NCBI GenBank assembly: GCA_965215855.1
Contig: CBDCER010000003.1
Coordinates: 3,467,201-3,531,200 of the forward strand
From: Aggregatilineales bacterium
GTDB taxonomy: Bacteria; Chloroflexota; Anaerolineae; Aggregatilineales; J027
Length of the DNA stretch: 64,000 nucleotides
Direction: 5' to 3'
Shown one piece after another: positions 48,174 to 57,878 of the stretch. The notes under the pieces are model-generated. The model saw only the letters and a list, made by a program, of their open reading frames with translations, did not search any database and had not been told where the DNA came from. Within the stretch, counting starts at the first letter, position 1. Every line of letters begins with the position of its first letter. Position numbers and translations under genes: made by a program.

Positions 48174-51100
48174 CTAGGCACTGGTTCTCTGGCGTTGTAG
48201 ATACCAACCGCCTGTCATAAAGCCTATCGCTAACGCAGCGATCAACGCTATCCACGGTAGCGCAGAGCTATTTTCTTGTGGTATTTCCACTGGTGGATAA
48301 CCTGTATCGGGCAATCCGCTAACTGCGGCGACTTGCGCAGAAGCCTGCACGAAGATGCCGCCATCGGCAGTTAGGGTGGCCGTGTTTTCGAAGGCTAGTG
48401 CAGCCGGATTGCTCAGAACGGTCGTGATGATACGGATTTCGGCGTTCTGGCCCGGAGCCAACGACGGAATCAGAATAGTCACTGTTTGACCACTGACATT
48501 AACCGTCCCGACTGTTGTCGTCGCATTGTCGATCCGCAATTCGGGTTGGATAACATCGGTGACGACGATGTTGGTCAGCGTTTGACTGGTTGTGTTACTG
48601 ACAGTGACAATCCAGGTCAGTTGTTCGCCTGGCAACCCCAATTGACCAGGTTGCAGAACGCCAATCTTACTGAGAGCCGGGTCAGTAATTGATGGTCCTG
48701 GCCCTGGTGTTGGCGTGGTGCTGAAGCTGAATACGTAATCAGCCAACATATTGATGCCATCTGGGGTGGCGACTTCGGTTGCCACTACCGTCACCGTGCA
48801 AGTTTCGTCCAGTACAAAATTGACAACCGGGTCAAGCGTGTATGTCACCGGTCCGCCACTCAAGGTATAAGCAAAGTCGTTGCCACTGACTGTGCAGTCG
48901 ATGATGAATGATGCGGTAGTGGCATTCACAGGCACGTTGAATGTCACCGTGATGTCGGTGGCAGGCCAAACGTTAGTTGCACCGTCAAGCGGTGTAGTGG
49001 CGATCACAATTGGTGTGCTGGTCAGGTTCAGGCCAATCACGACCGGGTCATGATCTGAAGCGCGAAATTCGTCGGGATTGTACAGGCCGGGGTTGGCAAT
49101 GGGTTTTTGCTCAAACGAGGCTTCACCGGAATCAACTATGGTGTCGTTATAGTCCAACAACGAGTTTTCATCGGCGTTGATATGCCAGACATCGGCTCCC
49201 ACCACCTGTGGGGTGATTGAAGGGCTGGCAACACCATGATCGAGTGATCCCCATTGTCCGCTAAACACATAGGTATAGCCACTTTGTGCGACGGGGTTGG
49301 TGTAACCGGCAGAGTAGAACGCCTGCATTGGATCTTCTTGGTAATAAGCATTGAAGTCGCCGATTACCAAAATGTCGGTGTCTACTGCACCCAGATTGCT
49401 GAGGGTGTCGGTGGGGTCAGTTGCCAGCCAATTCGCCAGATAGGTTGCGGCTGCTTCGCGTGTTCCGTTGCAGTTGCCCTGAATGGGATCGTCGTCGGGA
49501 GCGCCGCAACCAGAGCCTTTGGACTTCAGATGCACGACCACGACTGTGAATGCTTCACCGAAGTCTGTGCTGGCGACATCCGTAACCTGGAATGTTTGGG
49601 CCAGGGCAGGGCGATTGTATTGGTTGAAGGGACTGGTTCCGAAAGGATCAAGGAAGCCAGGGTCTTCCAGAACTTGCGGTGCGCCGACTGGTGTCACCAC
49701 ACCCGGTTGATAAATCAAGGCCACCTTGATTGCGTCTGTGGCATCCATGCCAGTCATGACATAGGCGTAGGTTCCGGCTCCTGCTGATGCGTTCAATGCT
49801 TCCACCAGGTCATCAACGGCTGAGGTTGCACCATCATCGTCGTTTTCGATTTCCATCAGGCCCACGACATCGGCGTCCAGTGCAACGATAGCAGCCACCA
49901 GTTTATCGGTTTGGCGAACCAATTCCGCCGGACTATGAGCGCCACGTGGAGTCGGGAAACCGCCTCCCGCACCATCGCCATTGAAGTAGTTCAATACGTT
50001 GAAGCTGGCGACTGTGATATTACCAGCCACCGCTGGAACACCGGGTCGGGCCGGGTTATTGAAGCTGACCGGGTTGGAGATTTGTGGCCGGATACGCCAG
50101 GCATCGGTTCCGCCGAAACCTGCCCATGACCAATGCAATACGCCAGTCAAGCTGTTGATCGTTGCGCCTGCTCGCACATAGGTTGTGGTGCTGAAGCCAT
50201 TGGGTTGTGGATGGTAAACCGGCGTATTGTTGACTAGACCAGTATTTTGCGTATTGTCCAGATCGTCCAGGAAGATACTGCGGCGTGCAGCGTCATCTTG
50301 ATGTGCAGCGAAGTCAGTTGGGTTGATCGGCAGTGTGGCATCCTGTGTATATTGGCGCAGTGTGCCGCCTTCCGAAATCAAGAACTGGCCGTATCGTGCC
50401 AATTGGAAATGCTCGGTGACGGTCATCACATCGGCAAACGTGACCAGCATACCCTCAAATTGCTCGTAGTAGTCGTCAATATTGACGAAACCTGCTGGTA
50501 CCGGTAGGTCAAGCGTGGCAGGCGTGACCAAACCCAACCCTGCGCCGGGCGTGTCAATCGTGATACTGCCGCCAGCCTGTGGAACGTCCAGTTGGCTCAT
50601 GCCGAAGAATTCTTCCTGGACACCGGTAACGGTCACCAGATCGCCTTCATTGACATCAACGTAGTTGGTGGGACAGTTGTTGCCGCAGTAGACGAAAATG
50701 CCTTCCGAAGTGGCAACTAGCGCGTCCTCATCGGTGGTTTCTTCCTGCATGAAGAAGCCATCCAGTTCTGGGTTTTCCTGATAATCGCCGACCACAATGC
50801 CTTGCACGGTTACGGCTGCACCAGGGTTGGTGACTGATGAGCCACTACCTTGAATTTCGTGAATGAAGACATTAGTAGCAGGAGCGCAGTCGTTGGCTGC
50901 ACCAGGTGTGCCCAAATCACCGTCGCCAAAGGGCGTGCTGGCTGTACACCAGTTGGCTCCTAAGTTGTTATCCACTGCTGGATCTTGTAACGACATGGAT
51001 GCACCATTGGGATCGGGGAAAGTCGCGCCATTATCATATTCCACGCGGTCAACTTCAGTCAAGCCAGTGTCAAATAAGACGACCTCATCGGACCCATTAC

Positions 51101-52004
51101 CGAGGAAGAAACCGCTATATTGGTAAGCGACAGTTACACCGCCGTTTGTGGCAAAATCAGAATTTCTGCCCAGAACAACGAAGCCATTCGCCGGAATAAT
51201 CAGCGGGCCGCCATTGGTGATAAGATGGCTGTCAAAATCATTATCGGCAATCGTCCAGCCATCAATGTCCACAGCACCGCTTGTCGGGTTGTGGATTTCG
51301 ATCCACTCGCCATTAGTGTCTGAAACTGCCGCGGGATTCTGTATGATTTCGTTGATGACTAATGCTGGCGGTGGGCAGTCGTTGGCAGCGCCAGGCGTAC
51401 CCAGGTCACCATCACCAAAGGGCGTGCTGGCTGTACACCAGTTAGCGCCTACATTGTTGTCTAATGCTGGGGATTGAAGTGACATGGACGCGCCATTGGG
51501 GTCAGGGAACGTCGCACCATTGTCATAATTGACCCGGTCAACTTCAATTCCACCACCATCAAGCAGGACGACTTCATCTGACCCGTTGCCAAGGAAATAG
51601 CCGCTGTATTGATAGGCAACGGTAACGCCGCCGTTTGTGGCGAAATCAGAATTTCTGCCCAGGACAATGAGGCCATTCGCAGGGACAAGCAGCGGACCGC
51701 CGTTGTTGATTGTATGACTGTCAAAGTCGTCATCGGCAATCGTCCAGCCATCAATGTCCACAGCACCACCTGTCGGGTTGTAGATTTCGATCCACTCGCC
51801 GTTAGTATCTGATACTGCGGCGGGATTTTGTATGATCTCATTGATGACCAAGGGTGGCGGACCCTGGAGGCGTGGGGATGCTTCGGCTGTGTGAGGAGTG
51901 GTTTCGGTAGTGATAATAAGACCAAAAACCACCAATAACGCTGTAGTCAAAATCAAGAGCTTTTGTAAAGCAGGGGCTTCTTTTTTCCTTAACATATTGC
52001 CCAA
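48174..52004 (-). CDS. ExeM/NucH-type extracellular nuclease (two lamin-tail domains + EEP nuclease domain + Ig-like/DUF11-like domains) with LPXTG-like cell-wall sorting signal
   Basis: 1276 aa with a signal peptide. There are two ~160-aa LTD repeats (LVINEIIQNPAAVSDTNGEWIEI.NPT). The EEP region includes ITVASFNVLNYF, DVVGLMEIEND, VIGDFN and SDHDPV. The C-terminus is LPDTG, then a hydrophobic helix, then QRQRTSA. Confidence 0.85.
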   Translation of the reverse strand: MGNMLRKKEAPALQKLLILTTALLVVFGLIITTETTPHTAEASPRLQGPPPLVINEIIQNPAAVSDTNGEWIEIYNPTGGAVDIDGWTIADDDFDSHTINNGGPLLVPANGLIVLGRNSDFATNGGVTVAYQYSGYFLGNGSDEVVLLDGGGIEVDRVNYDNGATFPDPNGASMSLQSPALDNNVGANWCTASTPFGDGDLGTPGAANDCPPPALVINEIIQNPAAVSDTNGEWIEIHNPTSGAVDIDGWTIADNDFDSHLITNGGPLIIPANGFVVLGRNSDFATNGGVTVAYQYSGFFLGNGSDEVVLFDTGLTEVDRVEYDNGATFPDPNGASMSLQDPAVDNNLGANWCTASTPFGDGDLGTPGAANDCAPATNVFIHEIQGSGSSVTNPGAAVTVQGIVVGDYQENPELDGFFMQEETTDEDALVATSEGIFVYCGNNCPTNYVDVNEGDLVTVTGVQEEFFGMSQLDVPQAGGSITIDTPGAGLGLVTPATLDLPVPAGFVNIDDYYEQFEGMLVTFADVMTVTEHFQLARYGQFLISEGGTLRQYTQDATLPINPTDFAAHQDDAARRSIFLDDLDNTQNTGLVNNTPVYHPQPNGFSTTTYVRAGATINSLTGVLHWSWAGFGGTDAWRIRPQISNPVSFNNPARPGVPAVAGNITVASFNVLNYFNGDGAGGGFPTPRGAHSPAELVRQTDKLVAAIVALDADVVGLMEIENDDDGATSAVDDLVEALNASAGAGTYAYVMTGMDATDAIKVALIYQPGVVTPVGAPQVLEDPGFLDPFGTSPFNQYNRPALAQTFQVTDVASTDFGEAFTVVVVHLKSKGSGCGAPDDDPIQGNCNGTREAAATYLANWLATDPTDTLSNLGAVDTDILVIGDFNAYYQEDPMQAFYSAGYTNPVAQSGYTYVFSGQWGSLDHGVASPSITPQVVGADVWHINADENSLLDYNDTIVDSGEASFEQKPIANPGLYNPDEFRASDHDPVVIGLNLTSTPIVIATTPLDGATNVWPATDITVTFNVPVNATTASFIIDCTVSGNDFAYTLSGGPVTYTLDPVVNFVLDETCTVTVVATEVATPDGINMLADYVFSFSTTPTPGPGPSITDPALSKIGVLQPGQLGLPGEQLTWIVTVSNTTSQTLTNIVVTDVIQPELRIDNATTTVGTVNVSGQTVTILIPSLAPGQNAEIRIITTVLSNPAALAFENTATLTADGGIFVQASAQVAAVSGLPDTGYPPVEIPQENSSALPWIALIAALAIGFMTGGWYLQRQRTSA
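50886..51851 (-). repeat. tandem duplication (period 489 nt) encoding the two lamin-tail domains
   Basis: Protein residues 52-214 and 215-373 are near-identical. The antisense ORF-track entries at 51120..51323 and 51609..51812 are almost the same peptide exactly 489 nt apart, which shows nucleotide-level conservation. Confidence 0.85.
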
Positions 52005-52169
52005 CTTTCTAATTCTGTTTGTGAAACCAAAAAATTATGCCAAATTTAGCAGACCAAGTTTAGCATTTTGCTAATGGTTGATGAAGTGCATTTTACTTCA
52101 GTCTGCGCTGAATTCTACCGCTAAATTGCATTAGTGACAAAAAGCACCTGGCGTCATGCCAATGCTTTA

Positions 52170-52198
52170 TTGAGAAATTCGGCACAAAGCGATATACT
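52170..52198 (+). promoter_or_regulatory. candidate sigma70-type promoter for the 52250..56829 operon
   Basis: TTGAGA (52170-52175), an exact 17-nt spacer, then TATACT (52193-52198). It lies about 50 nt upstream of the AAGGAG RBS and the GTG start. Confidence 0.5.
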
Positions 52199-52249
52199 CT
52201 GCACTGATTTACTATATTTTGCATAGTTTTGCAGTTGTACAAGGAGCAA

Positions 52250-53476
52250 GTGTTGAAACGTACAATAATCCTGGCGTTTTTGATTGGTTTGTTGGCTGTT
52301 GTGCCTGCTGTGCAGGGGCAACCAGGCGACCCGGCAGTAACTGGTGGCACATGGTTGGTCGAGCAGCAGTTAGAAAATGGTAGTTTTGATGATGAAATCG
52401 GCCTCACATCCCTGTCGGTGGTGGCACTGGCAACGATCGGTGAAACCAATCAACCTGCACTGGATTGGCTGGAGATGCAGGTCAGTGATGAACTGGCTCT
52501 GGATGAAGCCTCGGTGATGGTGATGGCGCTAGCGGCGACTGGCACTGATATGGAAAGTTTTGCCGATGGTGTGTTGCTGTCAACCTACAGCGGACTTTTG
52601 CGGCAGGCACGCGGCGAAAGCATTGATGGGATGTGCCTGGGACTGATTGCACGAGTTGACCTGGGGCTGGCGTTACCGGGTATGGCAGTGGGCGCGTTGG
52701 TCGGTTTCCAGAATGATGATGGCGGCTTTGGTCCAGAGCCAGGCGCAGAGTCAGACATCGTCTCCACCAGCTTGTGCATTCATGTTCTGGCGGCGACTGA
52801 GACGACTGAGGCGTTGGACCTTGCGTTGGGTTATCTGGCAGAACTTCAATTGGAGGATGGTGGTTGGTCATTTGGCGATATTGATGAAAGTGATGCGTTG
52901 GGAACGGCCTTTGCCATGCACGCCTTGATTGCAGCAGATGAAGCATTGGGCGATTGGGGTTTACCAATGCGCGTATTGCTCGAATTCCAGGATAGCGAAA
53001 CTGGCGGTTTCGTGGTTGGTGATGGCAGTGATGCTTTTGCGAATCAGATAGCAACCGCTGTGGCTATTCCGGTCTTTCGTGGCAGGAGTTTGATTAGCTT
53101 TGCGCCGATGGGTGATGAGGATGATAGCGATGCAGCGGCATCGGGCGATGATGGCCCTGCCCTGGACGCGAATTGGGCATTGGTCGGTGACGGCTTTCAG
53201 ATGGCCGAGCTGAACACGGCTGATGACTTCTTTGTGACTGTGGTTGATCCCTTCACTGAAGATGAATTGTATGGCATTGAGATCATTAATTGGACAGCAG
53301 AGTATCAATACACGGGCTATATTGTTCAGCAATATTTGACGGCTGACATTCTGATCTGGATGGCCGAGCAAGATCCTACGGTTTGGGAAAATATCTCAGT
53401 CGCAACGTTGGCGTTACTGCCACCCGAAGAATTGGCGGAGTTGCCGGTTGAGGTTCAGGCGCGGGTTGCTGAATAG
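52250..53476 (+). CDS. secreted prenyltransferase/squalene-oxidase-repeat (alpha/alpha-toroid) protein
   Basis: The GTG at 52250 follows AAGGAG; the ORF track starts at TTG 52229. It has a signal peptide and repeated Q-W-like motifs (QQLENGSFDD, FQNDDGGFG, LQLEDGGWSF, FQDSETGGFV). Confidence 0.7.
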   Translation: MLKRTIILAFLIGLLAVVPAVQGQPGDPAVTGGTWLVEQQLENGSFDDEIGLTSLSVVALATIGETNQPALDWLEMQVSDELALDEASVMVMALAATGTDMESFADGVLLSTYSGLLRQARGESIDGMCLGLIARVDLGLALPGMAVGALVGFQNDDGGFGPEPGAESDIVSTSLCIHVLAATETTEALDLALGYLAELQLEDGGWSFGDIDESDALGTAFAMHALIAADEALGDWGLPMRVLLEFQDSETGGFVVGDGSDAFANQIATAVAIPVFRGRSLISFAPMGDEDDSDAAASGDDGPALDANWALVGDGFQMAELNTADDFFVTVVDPFTEDELYGIEIINWTAEYQYTGYIVQQYLTADILIWMAEQDPTVWENISVATLALLPPEELAELPVEVQARVAE

Positions 53477-53511
53477 CGCAAACTTCCGCTAAAATCCAAC
53501 AGCTTTTTCCG

Positions 53512-53537
53512 AGAGTCTACCCTCGTAGACTCTTTTG
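53512..53537 (+). terminator. hairpin (possible attenuating terminator) between 52250..53476 and the SBP gene
   Basis: 9-bp perfect stem AGAGTCTAC / GTAGACTCT with loop CCTC, followed by a short T run (TTTTG). It lies only about 25 nt upstream of the next start codon. Confidence 0.4.
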
Positions 53538-53559
53538 CCTGTTACAGGAGTAAATTTGA

Positions 53560-54822
53560 ATGCGGTTGATGCGATTATTATTCGGGATCATGCTTTTGGG
53601 TACGGTTGTCATCAATGCGGGTGTGCTGGCGCAAGATGGTGACTCGCTACCAATTACTATCGTGGATGCGACTGGGGCCGAAATTACTATCGACTCGCTA
53701 GAGGCTATTGCGTCGGGCAGCGGCGATGTGACCGAAATTATTGTGGCGTTGGGCTTTCGGGGCAATTTGGTGGGCATTGACATCAGTTCGACCTACCCAA
53801 CTGACCTACTGGATGATATTCAAGAAATCGGCTTTGCTCGCCGCCTTGCGATTGAGCCGATTGCGGCGGTTACGCCTACGGTGTTTTTCTGTACTGAGAT
53901 CTGTACACCAACTGCTGTGCTGGATCAGGTGCGCGATCTCGATATTCCAGTCGTCATCATTCCCGACAATGATGATGCGGGTATGGATTTGCCCGCCCAG
54001 AAGATCCGGATGGTAGCGGCGGCGTTGGGTGTGCCAGAACGTGGCGAGGAATTGGTTGCCAGGATCGAGCGCGAAATTGATTGGGTAACAACAGCCCTTG
54101 CCAACGTCACCGATGAAGACCCCTATGTATTGATGATTTATGTGCGGGGTACACGTCTGCAACTCGTTTCTGGGTCAGAGGTTCCGGCTTATGAGATGAT
54201 AATCGGAGCAGGTGCGGTTGATGCAGCGGCGGATATTGGTGTGGTGGGCTATACCACACTCAACGCTGAACTGATCTTGACGTCTTATCCCGATATTATC
54301 CTGTTGATGGAAGGCGGCGTGGAGAGTTTTGGTGGCCTTGATGCGATCTATGACATTCAAGGTGTTTCCCAGACACCAGCAGGCGAGAACCGTAACCTGG
54401 TTGTGATGGATGATATGTATTTGCTGGGCATGTCCACCCGCACGGGTCAGGCGTTGTTGGATCTGGCGCTGCTGTTCCATCCCAGTATAACGTGGGAACG
54501 TCATGTGTCGTTTCCGTATACGATCACCGATGCGACAGGAACTGAAGCCACTGTTGACCAGGAGCTGACGGTGGTTGCTGCGAATGAGTCGTTGTTCAAT
54601 CTGATAGCTGAGTTGGGTTACCATCCAGATTCAATTGACGTTCTGCATGAAGACAGTTTGATTGTGGCGACTCTTGATGATGACTGGGAAGGCTGGCGTG
54701 AGGCTGGATATACAGTCATTGTGTTGGAAGATGGAACCGATGTCATGGCGGTGGCTGGAGCATTGGGTGTGCCGGGGCGCGGCGAGGCCTTGATGGCGCG
54801 CCAGTTGCAGGAAGCCCAATAG
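53560..54822 (+). CDS. ABC transporter substrate-binding protein (FecB/BtuF/HmuT-type) with extra C-terminal N-lobe-like repeat
   Basis: 420 aa with a signal peptide. The N-terminus ITIVDATGAEITID...IIVALGF...GIDISS is typical of iron-chelate/B12-type binding proteins. The last ~110 aa repeat the N-lobe pattern (YTITDATGTEATVD...LIAELGY...GALGVPGRGEALMARQ vs AALGVPERGEELVARI). Confidence 0.75.
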   Translation: MRLMRLLFGIMLLGTVVINAGVLAQDGDSLPITIVDATGAEITIDSLEAIASGSGDVTEIIVALGFRGNLVGIDISSTYPTDLLDDIQEIGFARRLAIEPIAAVTPTVFFCTEICTPTAVLDQVRDLDIPVVIIPDNDDAGMDLPAQKIRMVAAALGVPERGEELVARIEREIDWVTTALANVTDEDPYVLMIYVRGTRLQLVSGSEVPAYEMIIGAGAVDAAADIGVVGYTTLNAELILTSYPDIILLMEGGVESFGGLDAIYDIQGVSQTPAGENRNLVVMDDMYLLGMSTRTGQALLDLALLFHPSITWERHVSFPYTITDATGTEATVDQELTVVAANESLFNLIAELGYHPDSIDVLHEDSLIVATLDDDWEGWREAGYTVIVLEDGTDVMAVAGALGVPGRGEALMARQLQEAQ

Positions 54823-54823
54823 T

Positions 54824-56059
54824 ATGCAGAGAGTCGCCGACTGGCAACGTGCAATCAAGCGTTATCAACGTCACTTCGTGTTTCGAGGTGTGGTGTTAAG
54901 CCTGCTGGTTATCTTCTTGCTCCTGCTAGTGGTGCAGTCTGTCAGTACCAATCAAGTTGTAGCTACGGATATTGATCGCAACTTGGTTTTGCAAGTTTCG
55001 CTGGATTCGCTCAGAGACAAGTTTGACATTGATTGCAAAACAGGCTGGAGCGGGTGGGCCAGCGATAATCTGGGGTTAGATTGTGATAGTGACCTGGATT
55101 ATGAGGATCGTCGCACGCGCCAACAGGCATCGCTCATTGCAGATGTGCGTTGGCCGCGAGTGGTGATTGCGGTGTTGGTTGGTGCATCGTTGGCGCTGGC
55201 CGGCACTGTTATGCAGGCCGTATTCCGCAATCCACTGGCTGATCCAGGCTTAATCGGTGTTTCTAGCGGTGCTGCAATGGGGGCTATCACGGCTATTTTG
55301 CTTCAGCTCGACCTAACGCAGGTGTTGGAGGCGATGCCGGTCTTCCTGGTGGACCCTGGCGAACTATCAGGGTTGAAATTTGCCCAAACGTTGATGGCTT
55401 TTGGAATTGGCTTGCTCATGACGATGCTGGTTTTCCGGCTGTCGCGGGCCGGTGGCCGGACGGATACTGCTAATTTGTTGTTAGTGGGACTGGCCGTCAA
55501 CTCGATTGCGGGCGCATACGTTGGATTGGCGACTTATATCGGCAGTGAAGCACAGTCCACCGATATCATTTTTTGGAGTCTAGGTAGTGTGGCGGGTACG
55601 TCGTGGAACGATGTTTATCTGGTGCTGCCCTTTGTGCTATTAGGGGTAATCTTCCTGCCATTTTATGCTCGCCAGTTGAATATTATGACATTGGGTGAGG
55701 ACGAAGCACGTAACCTGGGCGTGGATACCGAACGATTACGCCGGATTACCGTTGCTATCTCGGCGTTGATGGTTGGAGTTGCCGTCGGTTTTGCCGGAAT
55801 TATCGGGTTTATTGGGTTGGTTGTTCCTCATGTCATGCGCTTGTTGTTTGGTCCTGATCACCGTATTGTGTTACCTGCCAGCATTGTAGGCGGGGCGATT
55901 TTTCTGGTGGTGGCCGACATCTTTGGGCGCACGTTGCCCAATCCAGCGTTGAGGGGATTCTACATTGAAGTGCCAGTTGGCATTTTAACGGCATTGGTCG
56001 GCGGACCAATTTTCTTGTTGCTGGTCTTGTTACATCAAATGCGGAGGACACGAAGCTAA
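54824..56059 (+). CDS. FecCD-family ABC permease (iron-chelate/heme/B12 type) with ~110-aa N-terminal extension
   Basis: 411 aa. The FecCD core contains RWPRVVIAVLVGASLALAGTVMQAVFRNPLADPGLIGVSSGA and IGFIGLVVPHVMRLL. Confidence 0.85.
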   Translation: MQRVADWQRAIKRYQRHFVFRGVVLSLLVIFLLLLVVQSVSTNQVVATDIDRNLVLQVSLDSLRDKFDIDCKTGWSGWASDNLGLDCDSDLDYEDRRTRQQASLIADVRWPRVVIAVLVGASLALAGTVMQAVFRNPLADPGLIGVSSGAAMGAITAILLQLDLTQVLEAMPVFLVDPGELSGLKFAQTLMAFGIGLLMTMLVFRLSRAGGRTDTANLLLVGLAVNSIAGAYVGLATYIGSEAQSTDIIFWSLGSVAGTSWNDVYLVLPFVLLGVIFLPFYARQLNIMTLGEDEARNLGVDTERLRRITVAISALMVGVAVGFAGIIGFIGLVVPHVMRLLFGPDHRIVLPASIVGGAIFLVVADIFGRTLPNPALRGFYIEVPVGILTALVGGPIFLLLVLLHQMRRTRS

Positions 56060-56829
56060 TGCTCAATATCAGAAATATGAGTTATTATATCGGCAAGATA
56101 CCGCTGGTGCGTGATGTCAGCCTGGATGTGCATGAAGGCGAATTGGTGGTGTTGGTTGGCGCGAATGGCGCTGGCAAGACAACCATGCTGCGCTTGATTG
56201 CGGGCGAATTGCGACCATCGGCGGGACAGATCTCGATTCGAGGGCGGCAGCTTGATCGGTACCGAATGCGTGATCTGGCGTTGGAGCGGGCCGTGATGCG
56301 ACAGCATATCTACATGAGCTTTGATTTCACGACGTATGAGGTCGTGATGATGGGCCGCCATCCCCATATTCGCTCTGGTGAGACGCAAACTGACCGGCAG
56401 GTGGTCAGCGATGTATTAGATAAGACCGAGACTACCCATTTGTCTGATCAGTTTTACGCGACTCTCTCCGGTGGCGAAAAGGCGCGGGTGACATTGGCGC
56501 GGGTGTTGGCGCAACAGACGCCAATTTTGCTATTGGACGAGCCAACGGGAGCGATGGATTTGCGGCATCAGCAATTGACCATGCAACTGGCGCGAGCTGT
56601 GGCTGATGAAGGTGGGGCGGTTCTGGCGGTTTTGCACGACCTGAATCTGGCGGCGATGTATGCGGACCGCATGGGGCTGATGCAGCATGGCGAGCTAGTG
56701 GCGCTGGGTGAACCTCGCGCGGTTCTGAATGCTGAGAATATCCAATCGGTGTTCAACTTGCCGGTGCATATCATGGAGCATCCCAACCAGAAATGCCCGT
56801 TGATTGTGCCGCTGATGCCGCAATTGTAA
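56059..56829 (+). CDS. ABC transporter ATP-binding protein (HmuV/FecE type)
   Basis: Walker A GANGAGKTT, signature LSGGEKARV, Walker B LLLDEPTGAMD, and H-loop LHDLN. The start overlaps the permease stop. Confidence 0.88.
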   Translation: MLNIRNMSYYIGKIPLVRDVSLDVHEGELVVLVGANGAGKTTMLRLIAGELRPSAGQISIRGRQLDRYRMRDLALERAVMRQHIYMSFDFTTYEVVMMGRHPHIRSGETQTDRQVVSDVLDKTETTHLSDQFYATLSGGEKARVTLARVLAQQTPILLLDEPTGAMDLRHQQLTMQLARAVADEGGAVLAVLHDLNLAAMYADRMGLMQHGELVALGEPRAVLNAENIQSVFNLPVHIMEHPNQKCPLIVPLMPQL

Positions 56830-56831
56830 TG

Positions 56832-57806
56832 CTAGATTGCCAAAACCTTTGCCAGTCTGAGCAAATTCTCATCCAATGTTTTCTTGTTGCTGACGACTTC
56901 GGATAGCGGCGTCGTAGCGATTGCTCCTTTATTGAGACCAACCAGTACGCCATATTCTTCGCGCCCAATGCAGGCTGTGGCGGCTGCTCCAAAGCGGGTT
57001 GCCAGCAGCCGATCAAATGCGCCGGGTGCGCCACCGCGCTGCACATGCCCCAGGGTCGTGACCCGTAAATCGAAGCCGACGAATGATTCGTGCTGTCTGA
57101 AATAATCGGTCAGAGCCGGAGCATCAAACCTGGCTCCTTCGGCCACGACCACCAAACCATGCGATTTGCCACGCTCATACGATTCTTCGAGTTCGGCGGC
57201 CACGTCGGCGGGTTCAGTGTCAAACTCAGGCACGACGATGGCTTCAGCGCCGCCCGCGATACCTGCCATTAACGCCAGATAGCCACAATCGCGCCCCATG
57301 ACCTCGACCAGAAAAGCACGTTGATGTGAGGATGCCGTGACTTTCAGGCGATCAATGGCTTCTAGGGCAATGTTCAGCGCGGTATCAACCCCGATGGTCA
57401 TTTCGGAACCATATAAATCGTTGTCGATGGTCGAAGCAATACCCACCACCGGAAACTCCATTTTCCACAGTGCATGTGCCCCGGATTGTGAACCGTTGCC
57501 ACCAATGACTACCAGTGCTTCGATACCTTCTTGGCGCAGTTCACGAATAGCTTTACGGCGACCTTCAACGGTCTTGAAGTCTGGGGCGCGGGCACTACCC
57601 AGAATCGTGCCGCCCAATTGCATGATGCCGCCCACATCTCGCGCCGTCATTTTCTTGATATTGCCGTCCATGCAGCCCTGGTAGCCATGATAGACACCGT
57701 AGACTTCCCAATCTCGCTCTAAGCCAGTGCGAACGACAGAGCGAATGGCAGCGTTCATGCCTGGTGCATCTCCACCACTGGTGAGTACAGCAATTCGTTT
57801 TGTCAT
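56832..57806 (-). CDS. pfkA: ATP-dependent 6-phosphofructokinase
   Basis: The homologous start is MTKRIAVLTSGGDAPGMNAAIRSV (ATG at 57806); the ORF track extends to 57893. It has IGGNGS, GIASTIDNDL, MGRDCGYLAL and GHVQRGG motifs. Confidence 0.9.
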   Translation of the reverse strand: MTKRIAVLTSGGDAPGMNAAIRSVVRTGLERDWEVYGVYHGYQGCMDGNIKKMTARDVGGIMQLGGTILGSARAPDFKTVEGRRKAIRELRQEGIEALVVIGGNGSQSGAHALWKMEFPVVGIASTIDNDLYGSEMTIGVDTALNIALEAIDRLKVTASSHQRAFLVEVMGRDCGYLALMAGIAGGAEAIVVPEFDTEPADVAAELEESYERGKSHGLVVVAEGARFDAPALTDYFRQHESFVGFDLRVTTLGHVQRGGAPGAFDRLLATRFGAAATACIGREEYGVLVGLNKGAIATTPLSEVVSNKKTLDENLLRLAKVLAI

Positions 57807-57878
57807 GTTGCGTTCCTTTAATTTTGCGCGTTTCTGTACAAATTTCTTGACTTTAATTAAGTATAGCAAGTGTTCGTT

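Noticed and set aside
52005-52249. Cobalamin riboswitch or Fur-type iron box upstream of the BtuF/FecB-type importer operon. I also checked 53477..53559.
   Set aside because: Only about 50 nt separate the candidate promoter from the start codon, which is too short for a B12 riboswitch, and I saw no B12-box-like motif. No clear palindromic Fur-box-like 19-mer was recognisable by eye.
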